The position numbers were made by a program, and so were the translations under genes. This document shows positions 40,792-50,588 of a DNA stretch of 64,000 bases, one piece after another. The notes below the pieces were generated by a model that was not told the DNA's origin, did no database searches, and was given only the letters and a program-made list of their open reading frames with translations. Source of the stretch: Nitrospirales bacterium (GTDB lineage Bacteria > Nitrospirota > Nitrospiria > Nitrospirales > UBA8639); the NCBI GenBank assembly GCA_963555755.3, contig OY820905.2:3104001-3168000 (forward strand). Direction: 5' to 3'. How positions within the stretch are numbered: position 1 is the first letter of the stretch; each line of letters begins with the position of its first letter.

Positions 40792-43202
40792 GAAAACCCC
40801 ATTGTCGCTAAATGGCGGTTCACTTTCACCTCCAACTCAGCCACACGGCTGACCATCTGCGGTATTGGGGTTTCATAGCGTTCGGCCAGTTCCTTCACCC
40901 GCTGGGTGAGGGTCTGGCTGATGCGGTCCATTTCCCCGTGGATGTCGCGGTCCAGCGCGGCGAGCCATTTGTCGTCCACTACCAGCGTCTGAATCTCAGC
41001 CTCGGTGAGCTTGGGATATTGGGCGTAGGCTTTGGCGTCCAGCTCGGCCTCCGCGTCCTTCAGTTTCTTTTTGAGTTCGGTTTCCCTGTTGCTGAATTCC
41101 AGCCATTCCTCCAACACCTTCTTCTCTTCCGCTATCAATTCTCCATTCTCAATTTTCAATTCCTTCAGTCGCGCACCGACTGAAGCCTTATTCACCTTGT
41201 CCAGCTCAGAGAACGCGCCGTCCTCCCCACCGTATTCCTCCTCCAGCTCGGTGATTTGAGCGGTAACGGTTTCCAACTCAGCCACGAGTTTGTCGATGGC
41301 TTCTTGCTCCCTGGCAAAATAGCGGGCGACGATGAGCGACTTGGGCACGAGGTCGCAGATCCAGCCTTTGTCTTTTTCCTTGCCTTTCTTGTCTTTCTCG
41401 ATGATGCGGGTGGTTTCGGCCTTCCAGCCGTCGTCGGCGATGAGGTAGCAGTCGTCCTGCATGGTTTCGGCCCAGTAGTCCATGAGGTGTTGATAGACAT
41501 CGTAATTGTCGATGAGCGGTTTGCCTGTGTAGTGGGCGAGTAGGTCCTCGGAGAGTGCGACGATGATTTCTTTCGGATGGCAATCAGACTTCAATGCCTT
41601 AAGCGTCTTGGCGGTTTTTTTCTGCCATTCGGCGAAGTGGGCGTTCATGCCGGTGATGAAGGTGGCGAACTCCGGGTGCTCGTAGATGGTGGGCTTTAAT
41701 TGAGAGGGGAGAATGGATAATTGAGAATAATTGGGGCGGAGGGGTTGGAAGAGGGCGGCTTTGAGGTTGGGGCAGATGGACCAATACTTTTCCATTGCGT
41801 CGATGTCGCGGTTGGGGATGCCGCCTTTCAGGTGGCCTTCGATGTCCTGGAGGTCTTCGGGCTCTTGGCTATCAATGTAGCGCGGGAGGTTGAGGTTGAA
41901 CTCGTTCTTTTCGATTTCCTCGAAGGAGACCATGCGGGAATATTTGGGGACATCGAGGCGTTTGTTAAAGACATCCACAATCTTATGGATGTCTTGAGAG
42001 CGGAGGCGGTTTTTGGGGCCGTCCTTCATGAAGCCTGCGCTGGCATCAACCATGAAGATGCCCTTGCGGGTGTGGGCGTCCTGCTTGTCGACGACGACGA
42101 TGCAGGCGGGGATGCCGGTGCCGAAGAAAAGGTTAGCTGGCAGGCCGATGATGCCCTTGAGGTAGCCCTTGCGGATGAGGTTTCGGCGAATGTCGGCCTC
42201 GGCATTTCCCCGGAACAGGACGCCATGCGGCAGAATGCAGGCGCCTTTTCCACTTCCACTTGGGCCCGTGCTTTTGAGTGAGCGGACGATGTGTAGCAGG
42301 TAGGCGTAGTCGCCTTGCTTGCCGGGCGGCGTACCGAAAGGCTTGAAGCGCTCGAAGGGGTCGTTGAGCGGGTCGATGCCGGTGCTCCAGCGTTTGTCGG
42401 AAAATGGCGGATTGGCGACGACGTAGTCGAATGTCTTGAGGGTGCCGCCGTCCTGGAACTTGGGATCGGCCAGCGTGTTGCCTTGCACGATGAGCGCGGT
42501 GGGGTTGTTGTGCAGGATCATGTTCATCCGTGCGAGACCACTGGTCGCGGCGTCTTTTTCCTGTCCATAGAGGGTGACGGCGGTACGGGCCTCGTCAGAC
42601 ACCTTTAGAAGTAGGGAGCCTGAGCCGCATGTTGGGTCATAGACGGTGGTATCGCTGGTCGTCTTGGCGTCATGGATGCCGATGATTTGGGCGATGATGC
42701 GGCTGACCTCGGCGGGCGTGTAGAACTGACCCTTGCTCTTGCCACTCTGCGTGGCGAAGTGGCGCATGAGGTATTCATAGGCATCGCCAAGGATGTCATC
42801 GCCTTCGGCGCGGTTCTTGGAGAAGTCGAGCGCCTTGTTCTCGAAGATGGCGACGAGATTAGTGAGGCGGTCCACCATCTCCTTGCCGGTGCCCAGCTTA
42901 GTGGCGTCATTGAAGTCCGGCATGTCGGACAGTTTGTTGGCATTGGCCAGCGGGGCGATGATTTTCTTGTTGATCTGATCGCCGATGTCGGACTTGCCCT
43001 TGAGCGCGACCATGTCCTTGAAGGAGGCGCCTTCGGGGATGGTGATGGGCGCGTAGGGGACGCCGGCGTATTTGTCGCTGACGTATTTGATGAAGAGCAG
43101 GACAAGGACGTAATCCTTGTATTGGCTAGCATCCATGCCGCCGCGCAGTTCGTCGCAGCTACTCCAGAGTGAGCTGTAGAGTTGAGATTTCTTTAAGGCC
43201 AT
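40782..43202 (-). CDS. hsdM: Type I RM methyltransferase subunit M (long C-terminus)
   Basis: GQFYTP, YDPTCGSGSLL, ANPPF, LPHGVLFRG, NLNLPRYI. Confidence 0.96.
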   Translation of the reverse strand: MALKKSQLYSSLWSSCDELRGGMDASQYKDYVLVLLFIKYVSDKYAGVPYAPITIPEGASFKDMVALKGKSDIGDQINKKIIAPLANANKLSDMPDFNDATKLGTGKEMVDRLTNLVAIFENKALDFSKNRAEGDDILGDAYEYLMRHFATQSGKSKGQFYTPAEVSRIIAQIIGIHDAKTTSDTTVYDPTCGSGSLLLKVSDEARTAVTLYGQEKDAATSGLARMNMILHNNPTALIVQGNTLADPKFQDGGTLKTFDYVVANPPFSDKRWSTGIDPLNDPFERFKPFGTPPGKQGDYAYLLHIVRSLKSTGPSGSGKGACILPHGVLFRGNAEADIRRNLIRKGYLKGIIGLPANLFFGTGIPACIVVVDKQDAHTRKGIFMVDASAGFMKDGPKNRLRSQDIHKIVDVFNKRLDVPKYSRMVSFEEIEKNEFNLNLPRYIDSQEPEDLQDIEGHLKGGIPNRDIDAMEKYWSICPNLKAALFQPLRPNYSQLSILPSQLKPTIYEHPEFATFITGMNAHFAEWQKKTAKTLKALKSDCHPKEIIVALSEDLLAHYTGKPLIDNYDVYQHLMDYWAETMQDDCYLIADDGWKAETTRIIEKDKKGKEKDKGWICDLVPKSLIVARYFAREQEAIDKLVAELETVTAQITELEEEYGGEDGAFSELDKVNKASVGARLKELKIENGELIAEEKKVLEEWLEFSNRETELKKKLKDAEAELDAKAYAQYPKLTEAEIQTLVVDDKWLAALDRDIHGEMDRISQTLTQRVKELAERYETPIPQMVSRVAELEVKVNRHLATMGFSWK

Positions 43203-43226
43203 TGAAGAACTTCCCTTGCCTGCCTA

Positions 43227-43385
43227 AGGGCTCGCGCAAAAATAACTTCCCATGTTTGGGTGCTGAGGCGCCTGTCTGGCAAGGCGCGAGGACTGCGCAT
43301 ACTCCTCGTATGGAAAGGACGAGCAACGCGGCCAGACAGGATGGATCGTCGCCCAAACATGGGAAGTTATTTTTGCGCGAGCCCT
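43227..43385. repeat. Family-B MITE (about 160 bp) with long perfect TIRs
   Basis: agggctcgcgcaaaaataacttcccatgtttggg / cccaaacatgggaagttatttttgcgcgagccct. Confidence 0.9.
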
Positions 43386-44535
43386 AAATACCGTCCAATT
43401 GTTTCCAAGCCTTTCTCTTTGTAAGCGTCGCGACCTGGTTCAATGCATCGATCGTGTGTGTTTGTAGATTGAGTCGCCCCTTCTTCTTTTCCCAATTGTT
43501 GACGGACGACACATTCACGCCGAGAAGCTTGGCGAATTGGCCTTGCGCCATGTCAAACTTCGCTCGCAACTCTCTCACGGTCTTGCCTGTAGGGGATCGA
43601 ACGCTCAACACTGTACGCGATACCTTCTTGACATCCGCTTTTTTTGAAGCAGTGCCTTTCTCGCGATCGACTAAGCTACTGTTCGTCTTTGACTTCTTTT
43701 TCGCCAGCTGCTTGCCTGCGGTCTTGCCGGTCGTCTTTCCTTTGCCGGAGCGTGTGGCAGTTCGCTTAGTGGCCGTTGTCCGGCTCAAACCATGTTGGGA
43801 TCGATCCTTCCCCGACGCTTCTTCTTCAGCCATCTCAATCCCAAATACGTCTTTGAGGTCGCCTTTGACGATGCGCCGGCGACCGCCTCCTTCCCCGGCG
43901 GTTGCGGCCAAGACCGCGTCGGCGTCAGCGCTGATCAATTCCTCATGGTCCACGCCACGCAGAAGGAACAGCATCTCCGGCTTGTCATCGAGCCTCGCTC
44001 CCACTCCGTACAGTACCGCGGCAACGTGCTTGCACATGACGGCCCAATCAGGACAGGTGCAGTTCAAACTGATCTCACTGGAAAGCGGGAACAGCCCCTT
44101 CTCGCGGTCGGTGACGACCGCCATGATGCTCTTGGAAAGCTTGCCCTGAAGCAGTTCCAACAAGGAGCCGATCTGTCCGACACAGCGGCTTTTCACGTCG
44201 TCCCATTTCCTTTTCGGCAATGTCTTGATCGAGACGGTCACGGTGTACAGATCCGAACCGCTGACCATCGCCTTGACCGTGCCCTTGTATAATTCAAGAT
44301 GACACACCGAACCGTTGCGGACATAGGTGCGCCCGCGTGGCAAGCGATTCTCGTAGTCGCCCAACGATTCGAAGTGGGCACACCATGCCTCGCCCCAGAA
44401 TGTTCGAGCGATCTTTCGCCCCTCGATTTCCACGGGCTGGATATTGGCACCCGTTTTTCGCAACTTGCCCATTTTCTTCAACGCACGTGTGCGGCGAACG
44501 GCTACAGGAACGTATGGCTTCCAGCTCCAATACAT
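43384..44535 (-). CDS. SWIM zinc-finger protein with a basic linker and C-terminal XRE-type HTH
   Basis: NRLPRGRTYVRNG, CTCPDWAVMCKH (SWIM), C-terminal LRAKFDMAQGQFAKLLGVNVSSVNNWE. Confidence 0.88.
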   Translation of the reverse strand: MYWSWKPYVPVAVRRTRALKKMGKLRKTGANIQPVEIEGRKIARTFWGEAWCAHFESLGDYENRLPRGRTYVRNGSVCHLELYKGTVKAMVSGSDLYTVTVSIKTLPKRKWDDVKSRCVGQIGSLLELLQGKLSKSIMAVVTDREKGLFPLSSEISLNCTCPDWAVMCKHVAAVLYGVGARLDDKPEMLFLLRGVDHEELISADADAVLAATAGEGGGRRRIVKGDLKDVFGIEMAEEEASGKDRSQHGLSRTTATKRTATRSGKGKTTGKTAGKQLAKKKSKTNSSLVDREKGTASKKADVKKVSRTVLSVRSPTGKTVRELRAKFDMAQGQFAKLLGVNVSSVNNWEKKKGRLNLQTHTIDALNQVATLTKRKAWKQLDGI

Positions 44536-44545
44536 TTTGAACCTC

Positions 44546-47248
44546 CTACATCCTGGCTCGATCAATATCCAGCGCAACAAGATCGAGCAGCTCTTGATCA
44601 CTCATTTCGGTCAACATGCTTTCGGCGCCGCCCTCTAGGATATCATTAGCAAGCTCTGTTTTCTCTTGGATCAGCGCGTCGATCTTCTCCTCGACCGTGC
44701 CCCGGCAGATGAACTTGTGGACCACCACGTTCCGGTGTTGGCCGATGCGGAACGCGCGGTCCGTCGCCTGATTCTCCACCGCGGGGTTCCACCAGCGGTC
44801 GAAATGAACCACGTGTGACGCGGCCGTGAGATTTAACCCTGTTCCGCCCGCCTTGAGAGAAAGCACGAAGAACGGCGGACCGTTTTCCCGCTGGAACGCA
44901 TCGACCCATGTCTGACGCTTCTTGACGGCCGTACCGCCATGCAAAATAAGTCCTTCCCGGCCGAAGAGGTTCCCGAGGAAGGCGGCGACCGGGTCCGTCA
45001 TCTCGCGGAACTGCGTAAACACAAGCACCTTTTCCTGACGCGAGTGGATCTCCTGGCAGATGGCCCCAAGGCGGTCGAATTTTCCGCTTGCAGCCGGATC
45101 ATACCCCCCATCACCCAGCAACTGGCTGGGGTGGTTGCAAATTTGCTTGAACCGCATCAGGTACGCCAAGACCAGCCCGCGCCGCTTCATACCCTCAAGC
45201 CCCTCCAACGCGCGCTTTAACTCGTCGACAGACTTTGCATATAAAACTGCCTGTTGCTTCGAAAGCCCACAGAAGGCCTTCATTTCGGTCTTGTCGGGCA
45301 GATCCGAAATGATTGCCCTATCGGTCTTGAGACGACGAAGGATATAGGGACGCACCAGGCGGCGCAGTGGCGCATAGCGATCCTGCTGGCGATCATCCAA
45401 CCCCTTGACGAACCGCTTGAATTTACTGGCCGACCCCAGCAGACCAGGGCAAAGAAAATCAAATAGTGACCACAGGTCGGACAGCCGGTTTTCCACCGGG
45501 GTACCCGTCATCGCAACCCTCGCCTCACTCGTGATCTTCTTGACCGCCCGAGTCTGGCGCGCCGACGGGTTCTTGATCGCCTGGGCCTCGTCCAGGATCA
45601 TCAGCCGCCAATCCACGTCAAGTAGCCAACCCTGGCGCACGAGCATCCCGTAGGTGGTCAGAACGATATCCGTTTTTTCGAACGCCCTACCAGGGTTTCT
45701 GGCCATGGCAGCGAGATCGGCTTTGGCCGACTCAGACGGATGGACAAAACAGGACACCAGTGTGGGGGTGAACCGTGCCATCTCCGCCTTCCAGTTCGCA
45801 AGCAGCGAGGCCGGAAGCACCAGCAACGACGGCTTGGCTGGCTGTTTGTCGGCCTGCTTGACCGAGAGTAACAGCGACAAAACCTGGATGGTCTTGCCCA
45901 ATCCCATGTCATCGGCAAGGCATGCGCCCAGGCCAAGATTCGAAAGGAACCACAGCCAGTTGTGCCCCGTCTGCTGATATGGCCGGAGGGTTCCGAGAAA
46001 GCCCTCGTTCCGTCTGACCGTGGCCAGTTCATCCGGATTGCGTAAGCCAGAAAGAATATCCGAAAGCCAGCTCCCGGCGTTGATGGTTGACCACGAGCGA
46101 TCCCCGTCTTGTGATATTGCGTCGGCGTCGAGATCCGACGGCGCGCCAGCGAGCAACCGCATCCCCTCGATAAAAGAAATCCCTTCCTCGCTTGCTTCCT
46201 TCTTCACGTGTTCCCAATGCGCCAAGGCTTCGGAGAGCCGCTCTCGGTCGACTTCGATCCATTGCCCTTTCAGATAAACAAGCCCCTCATCGGCTTCCAT
46301 AAGCCGTTGCCATTCCTCTTGGGTCAACTCTCGGTCGTCCAAGGCGATCCCGACCTTGAAGTCCAGCATGGCATCGACCCCGAAGCGGTTCTGTTTTTTC
46401 TCACCGAGGGTCACGGCCACGCGTGGCCGTGACCGCTTGCGCCACCAGTTCGGCACCCGCACGAGTAGGCCGCTCTCTTCCAGCAATGGAACCTCCTTGA
46501 GAAAGCGGTACGCTTCGCCGGGCGTCCAAGCCAGAGGGTGAAACACATCGCCCGATTCGACCAATGCCTTGACAAAATCGCTCTTCTGCGACGCCAAGTG
46601 CACGGGCGACAATAGGTTCACCATGGTTTTTTTATTGCGTTCGCCCGCATACTCACGCATGGCCTGATGCAGTGGCTGGTACTGCACGTGTCCGCCTTTG
46701 GAAAGACGCGGTGCATACGTCGCGAGAAACGCGAACGGGAGATTAGGATCGTGCTTGTTTTCCGCAAGATGAAAGCAGACGCGCCCGACCTGGTGCCAGA
46801 GTGGAGCCTGCTTGTTTAGCCACCGAGCCAGCCCAACTCCGGATGTGGCAACTGCTTGCCGCACCCACGTGTCCAAGTCAACCCAAAGGTCGTGAATAAC
46901 AGCCTCGCTCAAGTACTCCGCGCCGTGCATGGGCGGGATTGACAGCAGCATGGTGGCCACTTCCGCCTCTGTGGGTAAGTCGATCGAAGCCGGTTGTTCC
47001 CAGGCGGACTCCGGCGTACGACAAAGCTCGGTCATGTAACGGCAGGAAAAATCTCGCCAGTAGGAAATGGCCGAAGAAGTTGGCGCATCCGGCCTTGATG
47101 CCCCAAGCGCAAAAAGACCGGCAGCCTGGCACGATGAAAAGGCGTCAAGCACTTTCTTGATCCAACCGCGGGGCTGATTCTCGCCTGCCGTATGATCCTC
47201 TTGCATGGTCAAGTGACCGGCTGGCGTCAAGATGAGTTGGAGGCTCAT
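44546..47248 (-). CDS. SNF2-family helicase/ATPase
   Basis: LRPYQ, LADDMGLGKT, DEAQAIKN, TGTPVEN, SLKAGGTGLNL, QATDRAFRIGQ. Confidence 0.93.
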   Translation of the reverse strand: MSLQLILTPAGHLTMQEDHTAGENQPRGWIKKVLDAFSSCQAAGLFALGASRPDAPTSSAISYWRDFSCRYMTELCRTPESAWEQPASIDLPTEAEVATMLLSIPPMHGAEYLSEAVIHDLWVDLDTWVRQAVATSGVGLARWLNKQAPLWHQVGRVCFHLAENKHDPNLPFAFLATYAPRLSKGGHVQYQPLHQAMREYAGERNKKTMVNLLSPVHLASQKSDFVKALVESGDVFHPLAWTPGEAYRFLKEVPLLEESGLLVRVPNWWRKRSRPRVAVTLGEKKQNRFGVDAMLDFKVGIALDDRELTQEEWQRLMEADEGLVYLKGQWIEVDRERLSEALAHWEHVKKEASEEGISFIEGMRLLAGAPSDLDADAISQDGDRSWSTINAGSWLSDILSGLRNPDELATVRRNEGFLGTLRPYQQTGHNWLWFLSNLGLGACLADDMGLGKTIQVLSLLLSVKQADKQPAKPSLLVLPASLLANWKAEMARFTPTLVSCFVHPSESAKADLAAMARNPGRAFEKTDIVLTTYGMLVRQGWLLDVDWRLMILDEAQAIKNPSARQTRAVKKITSEARVAMTGTPVENRLSDLWSLFDFLCPGLLGSASKFKRFVKGLDDRQQDRYAPLRRLVRPYILRRLKTDRAIISDLPDKTEMKAFCGLSKQQAVLYAKSVDELKRALEGLEGMKRRGLVLAYLMRFKQICNHPSQLLGDGGYDPAASGKFDRLGAICQEIHSRQEKVLVFTQFREMTDPVAAFLGNLFGREGLILHGGTAVKKRQTWVDAFQRENGPPFFVLSLKAGGTGLNLTAASHVVHFDRWWNPAVENQATDRAFRIGQHRNVVVHKFICRGTVEEKIDALIQEKTELANDILEGGAESMLTEMSDQELLDLVALDIDRARM

Positions 47249-47428
47249 GGGTGCGTCTTGGAGGAACGGATGCGGCATCTACACGATCACCATCGTTAGA
47301 CCAATCATGATAAAAAATGGGGCACTTCTAACATTCCTACATTTCCTGCTATTCCGAATCACAAAACAGGGGGCAGAGTACTTGAAATATTTCAGAATCG
47401 AATCACGCGCTCTGACCCCTTGAGTACG

Positions 47429-48613
47429 TTATTGGCTGAGTTCCTTCATGAGATCAGTGAGAGAAATGGCACGGGTTTTCTGGCCAAGTGGAAAGGTTTC
47501 CTCACCGGCATAGACCACAAAACGCTTGGTGGCTTTCACATCTTCACAAGCCGTATAAAAACCTTTGGACAGGGATGGCGCACTGCTCCGCTTAATCTCA
47601 ATCGCCCATTTTTCCTTACTCGTCAACTCAAGCAATAAATCAATTTCTGCCCCACCTGATGTCCGGTAAAAGTAGGGTTTTATCCGTGAGGGCGTGATAG
47701 AGAGAATATTTTCAATGACAAAACCTTCCCAACTTCCGCCAATCACCGGATGACCCATCAGATCGTTAAATGTCTGGATATTGAGCAAGGCATGGGTGAT
47801 TCCACTGTCTCGCACATAGATTTTTGGAGCCCGGATAAGACGCTTGCCGATATTGTCCGTCCACGGTTGGAGCCGGCGAACTAACAGCAGATCCACTAAG
47901 AGATCCAAATACCGTGTCACAGACTGTCCGCTGACACCAAGGTTTCTCGCAAGGTGCGCGGCATTGACCATCGTACCTTGATGGTGCGCCAACATGGTCC
48001 AAAAACGGCGTAAGGTTTCAGCTGGAATCCGTGGGCCAAGCTGAGGAATGTCTCGTTCAAGGTAGGTTCGGAGAAAATCATCTCTCCAGTCTAGGCTGTC
48101 CTCATCAGATTTGGTGAGTAGACTTTCTGGAAAGCCACCACGGAGCCATAGCCGGGTGAGCTGGCGTTGCAGGCTTTGTTTCTTTTGATGCCCGAGCCAT
48201 TCAAGGCTATCGATAGGATGCAACTCAATATAGGCGAGTCTTCCGGCAAGGGTTTCACTCGATTGTTTGAGCAGGTCAAGGGAGGCCGATCCAAGAAATA
48301 AGAATTGCCCGACCTTGTTGCCGCGTCTTCGCTCTTTATCAATGATTCCACGAAGCGGTGCAAAGATTTCAGGAATACGTTGAATCTCATCGACAATGAT
48401 GAGCTTTTCTCTGTTCTCTGTATGAAATGCCTCAATATCGCTGATTTTGGCCAAATCCCGAGGCTTTTCCAGATCCAAGTAGACCGACGGACGACAATCC
48501 GCAATGTTCAGGGCCACAGTCGTTTTCCCCACCTGGCGGGGTCCTATAAGAGCCACAGCCGGATTTCGGTCCAGTAAACTCTGAATTTTGTTTTGGATTC
48601 TACGCTCGATCAT
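47429..48613 (-). CDS. AAA+ ATPase (AAA_14 plus DUF4143 type) with a C-terminal PD-(D/E)xK-like motif
   Basis: GPRQVGKT, VDEIQ, LGSAS, RGGFPES, PKIYVRDSG, EIDLL..AIEIK. Confidence 0.88.
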   Translation of the reverse strand: MIERRIQNKIQSLLDRNPAVALIGPRQVGKTTVALNIADCRPSVYLDLEKPRDLAKISDIEAFHTENREKLIIVDEIQRIPEIFAPLRGIIDKERRRGNKVGQFLFLGSASLDLLKQSSETLAGRLAYIELHPIDSLEWLGHQKKQSLQRQLTRLWLRGGFPESLLTKSDEDSLDWRDDFLRTYLERDIPQLGPRIPAETLRRFWTMLAHHQGTMVNAAHLARNLGVSGQSVTRYLDLLVDLLLVRRLQPWTDNIGKRLIRAPKIYVRDSGITHALLNIQTFNDLMGHPVIGGSWEGFVIENILSITPSRIKPYFYRTSGGAEIDLLLELTSKEKWAIEIKRSSAPSLSKGFYTACEDVKATKRFVVYAGEETFPLGQKTRAISLTDLMKELSQ

Positions 48614-48838
48614 CCATGCAAATATACCATATCATGGAAGAATTACATAGATATAAAATGTTGAGGGTTACTACCAAAAAGAGGCGGGTTTGATGACTTT
48701 CTTGTTAAGCGGTGCTAGGAGAAGGAGGGCCTGGGTTGTGTAGCATGTATTGTCATGGGTGATACGTGGAAGACACAGCATGGTTTCTTTTTTTCTACGC
48801 TTCACACATGACGTCCCAGGATAACGCTGCAAACGGCC

Positions 48839-49480
48839 TTATTCAACATTCCCTTGATTCTTTTTTTTCGTTTTGGAATGAACGCGGATAATTGAGGTGG
48901 CAATGCCTCGACTCAAGTCGCTAATTGTCTGATTTAGGGCGGAGACGATGGCCGCGTAATCTGAACCTTGGAGCGGAGCTGTGAAATGTGATTTTTTTGC
49001 GTCGAGGACAGTCCGTGTGTCTTCCCCAAAGACGTGCCACCGAGCAATAAGATGGGCTTCACCATCGGACGCGGTATCAAGACGGGTGATATCAATCCTC
49101 ACCTGGTAATCAATCCGTGTCGTTCGTTTCCACGGATAACTCGCCACCCGATCCGTTTTCATCAGTACGGACAAATTGTCAGAAAGGACTTGAGGAATAT
49201 TATCCTTGAGGGGTGCAGCCCATTTATGAAAATCGGCCAGGTTGAGCTCATTGGCGCTGATTCTTGTGACGATCTGGGGCCGATCAACATATTCGGGAAT
49301 GTCGATGGGACCGATTCCGATCGTGAGGCCTAACGGGGCTTTGACAATAGCTTTTTCCGATGACGAAAAAGAATTTAGTAAATAGAACTTTGAAGGCTGT
49401 GAGGTGGCCCCGCAACCGGCAAGGCTCAGAAAGACCAGGAGTACGGTTATCAATGTCCATCGATCAGCGGGTTTCAACAT
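48839..49480 (-). CDS. pqiC: PqiC-like lipoprotein (second copy)
   Basis: Lipobox LAGC, FYLL, IGPIDIPEYVDRPQIV, HKWAAPL. Confidence 0.85.
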   Translation of the reverse strand: MLKPADRWTLITVLLVFLSLAGCGATSQPSKFYLLNSFSSSEKAIVKAPLGLTIGIGPIDIPEYVDRPQIVTRISANELNLADFHKWAAPLKDNIPQVLSDNLSVLMKTDRVASYPWKRTTRIDYQVRIDITRLDTASDGEAHLIARWHVFGEDTRTVLDAKKSHFTAPLQGSDYAAIVSALNQTISDLSRGIATSIIRVHSKTKKKNQGNVE

Positions 49481-49481
49481 C

Positions 49482-49907
49482 TTAATTCTCTCTGGATTCC
49501 CCTTTGCCATGAATCAACGCTTCAGGGTGACGCTCCAAGTATTCGGCCATATGCCGGATTGAGCGAGCGGAAGCGGAAAGTTCCTCAAGGTTATTCCGCC
49601 GTTCATACCGTAAGCTCGAGTTTTCGTAAACGATCCCTTTCGCAGTTGATAAGGTTTCTTGGGCATTTTTGAATGTGGTTTGAGCAAAATCAGTGGTCGT
49701 TCGAAAAATTCCTATAAGCTGAGCAGCAGGGCCCTCTTGTCAGGAAAGTGTCACTTGTGCTTGATCCATCGCTGCTCGTGTAACTTCGAAGGCATCACGA
49801 AAACTCGCTGCCAATTCTCCTGATGGGCCTTCCTTCATCGCCAGCGTAGTCTCAGTTTGCCCAAATGCCATTCGGCCGACACCCAGTACACGTGTTGTTG
49901 CACACAT
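49482..49907 (-). pseudogene. 3' remnant of a pqiB/MCE gene with an internal TGA
   Basis: Manual translation ends LEELSASARSIRHMAEYLERHPEALIHGKGESREN*, matching the PqiB end at 52830-52932; in-frame stop near 49740. Confidence 0.75.
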
Positions 49908-49970
49908 AGGTCTCGTACTTTCAGCAAAAACCTGATAAGAAGACTGTTATCCCAATCAGGGTTGATTACC

Positions 49971-50588
49971 ATGCACATGGTCTCTACACATTCCTTAATT
50001 GCGTGCCACGATTGCGATCTTCTCTTTCGCAAGCACCTATTGCGTTATGGTGAGCGTGCACTGTGCTCCCGCTGCGGTGCAGTGCTGTACCATAAAAAGC
50101 CGGATACGCTCGATCGAACCCTTATCCACTCCCTGACGAATCTGATTCTTTTTGTGTTGGCCAACGTCTTTCCATTTATGTCTTTTCAACTTCAAGGCCG
50201 CGAGCAGGTCACGCTTCTGACTTCGGGAGGAATGGAATTGTACCAACAAGGCTTTTGGGAACTGGCCTTCTTGGTGATTGCAGTTGGGGTCTTGTTTCCC
50301 TTACTGAAGATTTTGGGGACGCTGTATGTCCTCATGCCCTTGAAATTTAATCGCAGAGTGTGGAAAGCGAAGGAGACCTTTAGGTTCGTAGAGGCCCTCA
50401 CCCCATGGGCCATGATGGAAGTGTTTATGCTTGGAGTGATCGTCGGTTATGTGAAGTTGATTGATTTGGCCACGATTGTTCTGGGGGTCTCGCTCTTTTC
50501 CTTTACAGCGCTTATCGTGCTTATGGCTATAACTGCAGCGGCCTTGGACCCTGAAGAGGTCTGGGAAAGGTTGGAACGTGCGCAATGA
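49971..50588 (+). CDS. pqiA: Paraquat-inducible protein A, N-terminal half
   Basis: CHDCD..CSRCG zinc motif, PWAMMEVF, transmembrane helices. Confidence 0.9.
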   Translation: MHMVSTHSLIACHDCDLLFRKHLLRYGERALCSRCGAVLYHKKPDTLDRTLIHSLTNLILFVLANVFPFMSFQLQGREQVTLLTSGGMELYQQGFWELAFLVIAVGVLFPLLKILGTLYVLMPLKFNRRVWKAKETFRFVEALTPWAMMEVFMLGVIVGYVKLIDLATIVLGVSLFSFTALIVLMAITAAALDPEEVWERLERAQ

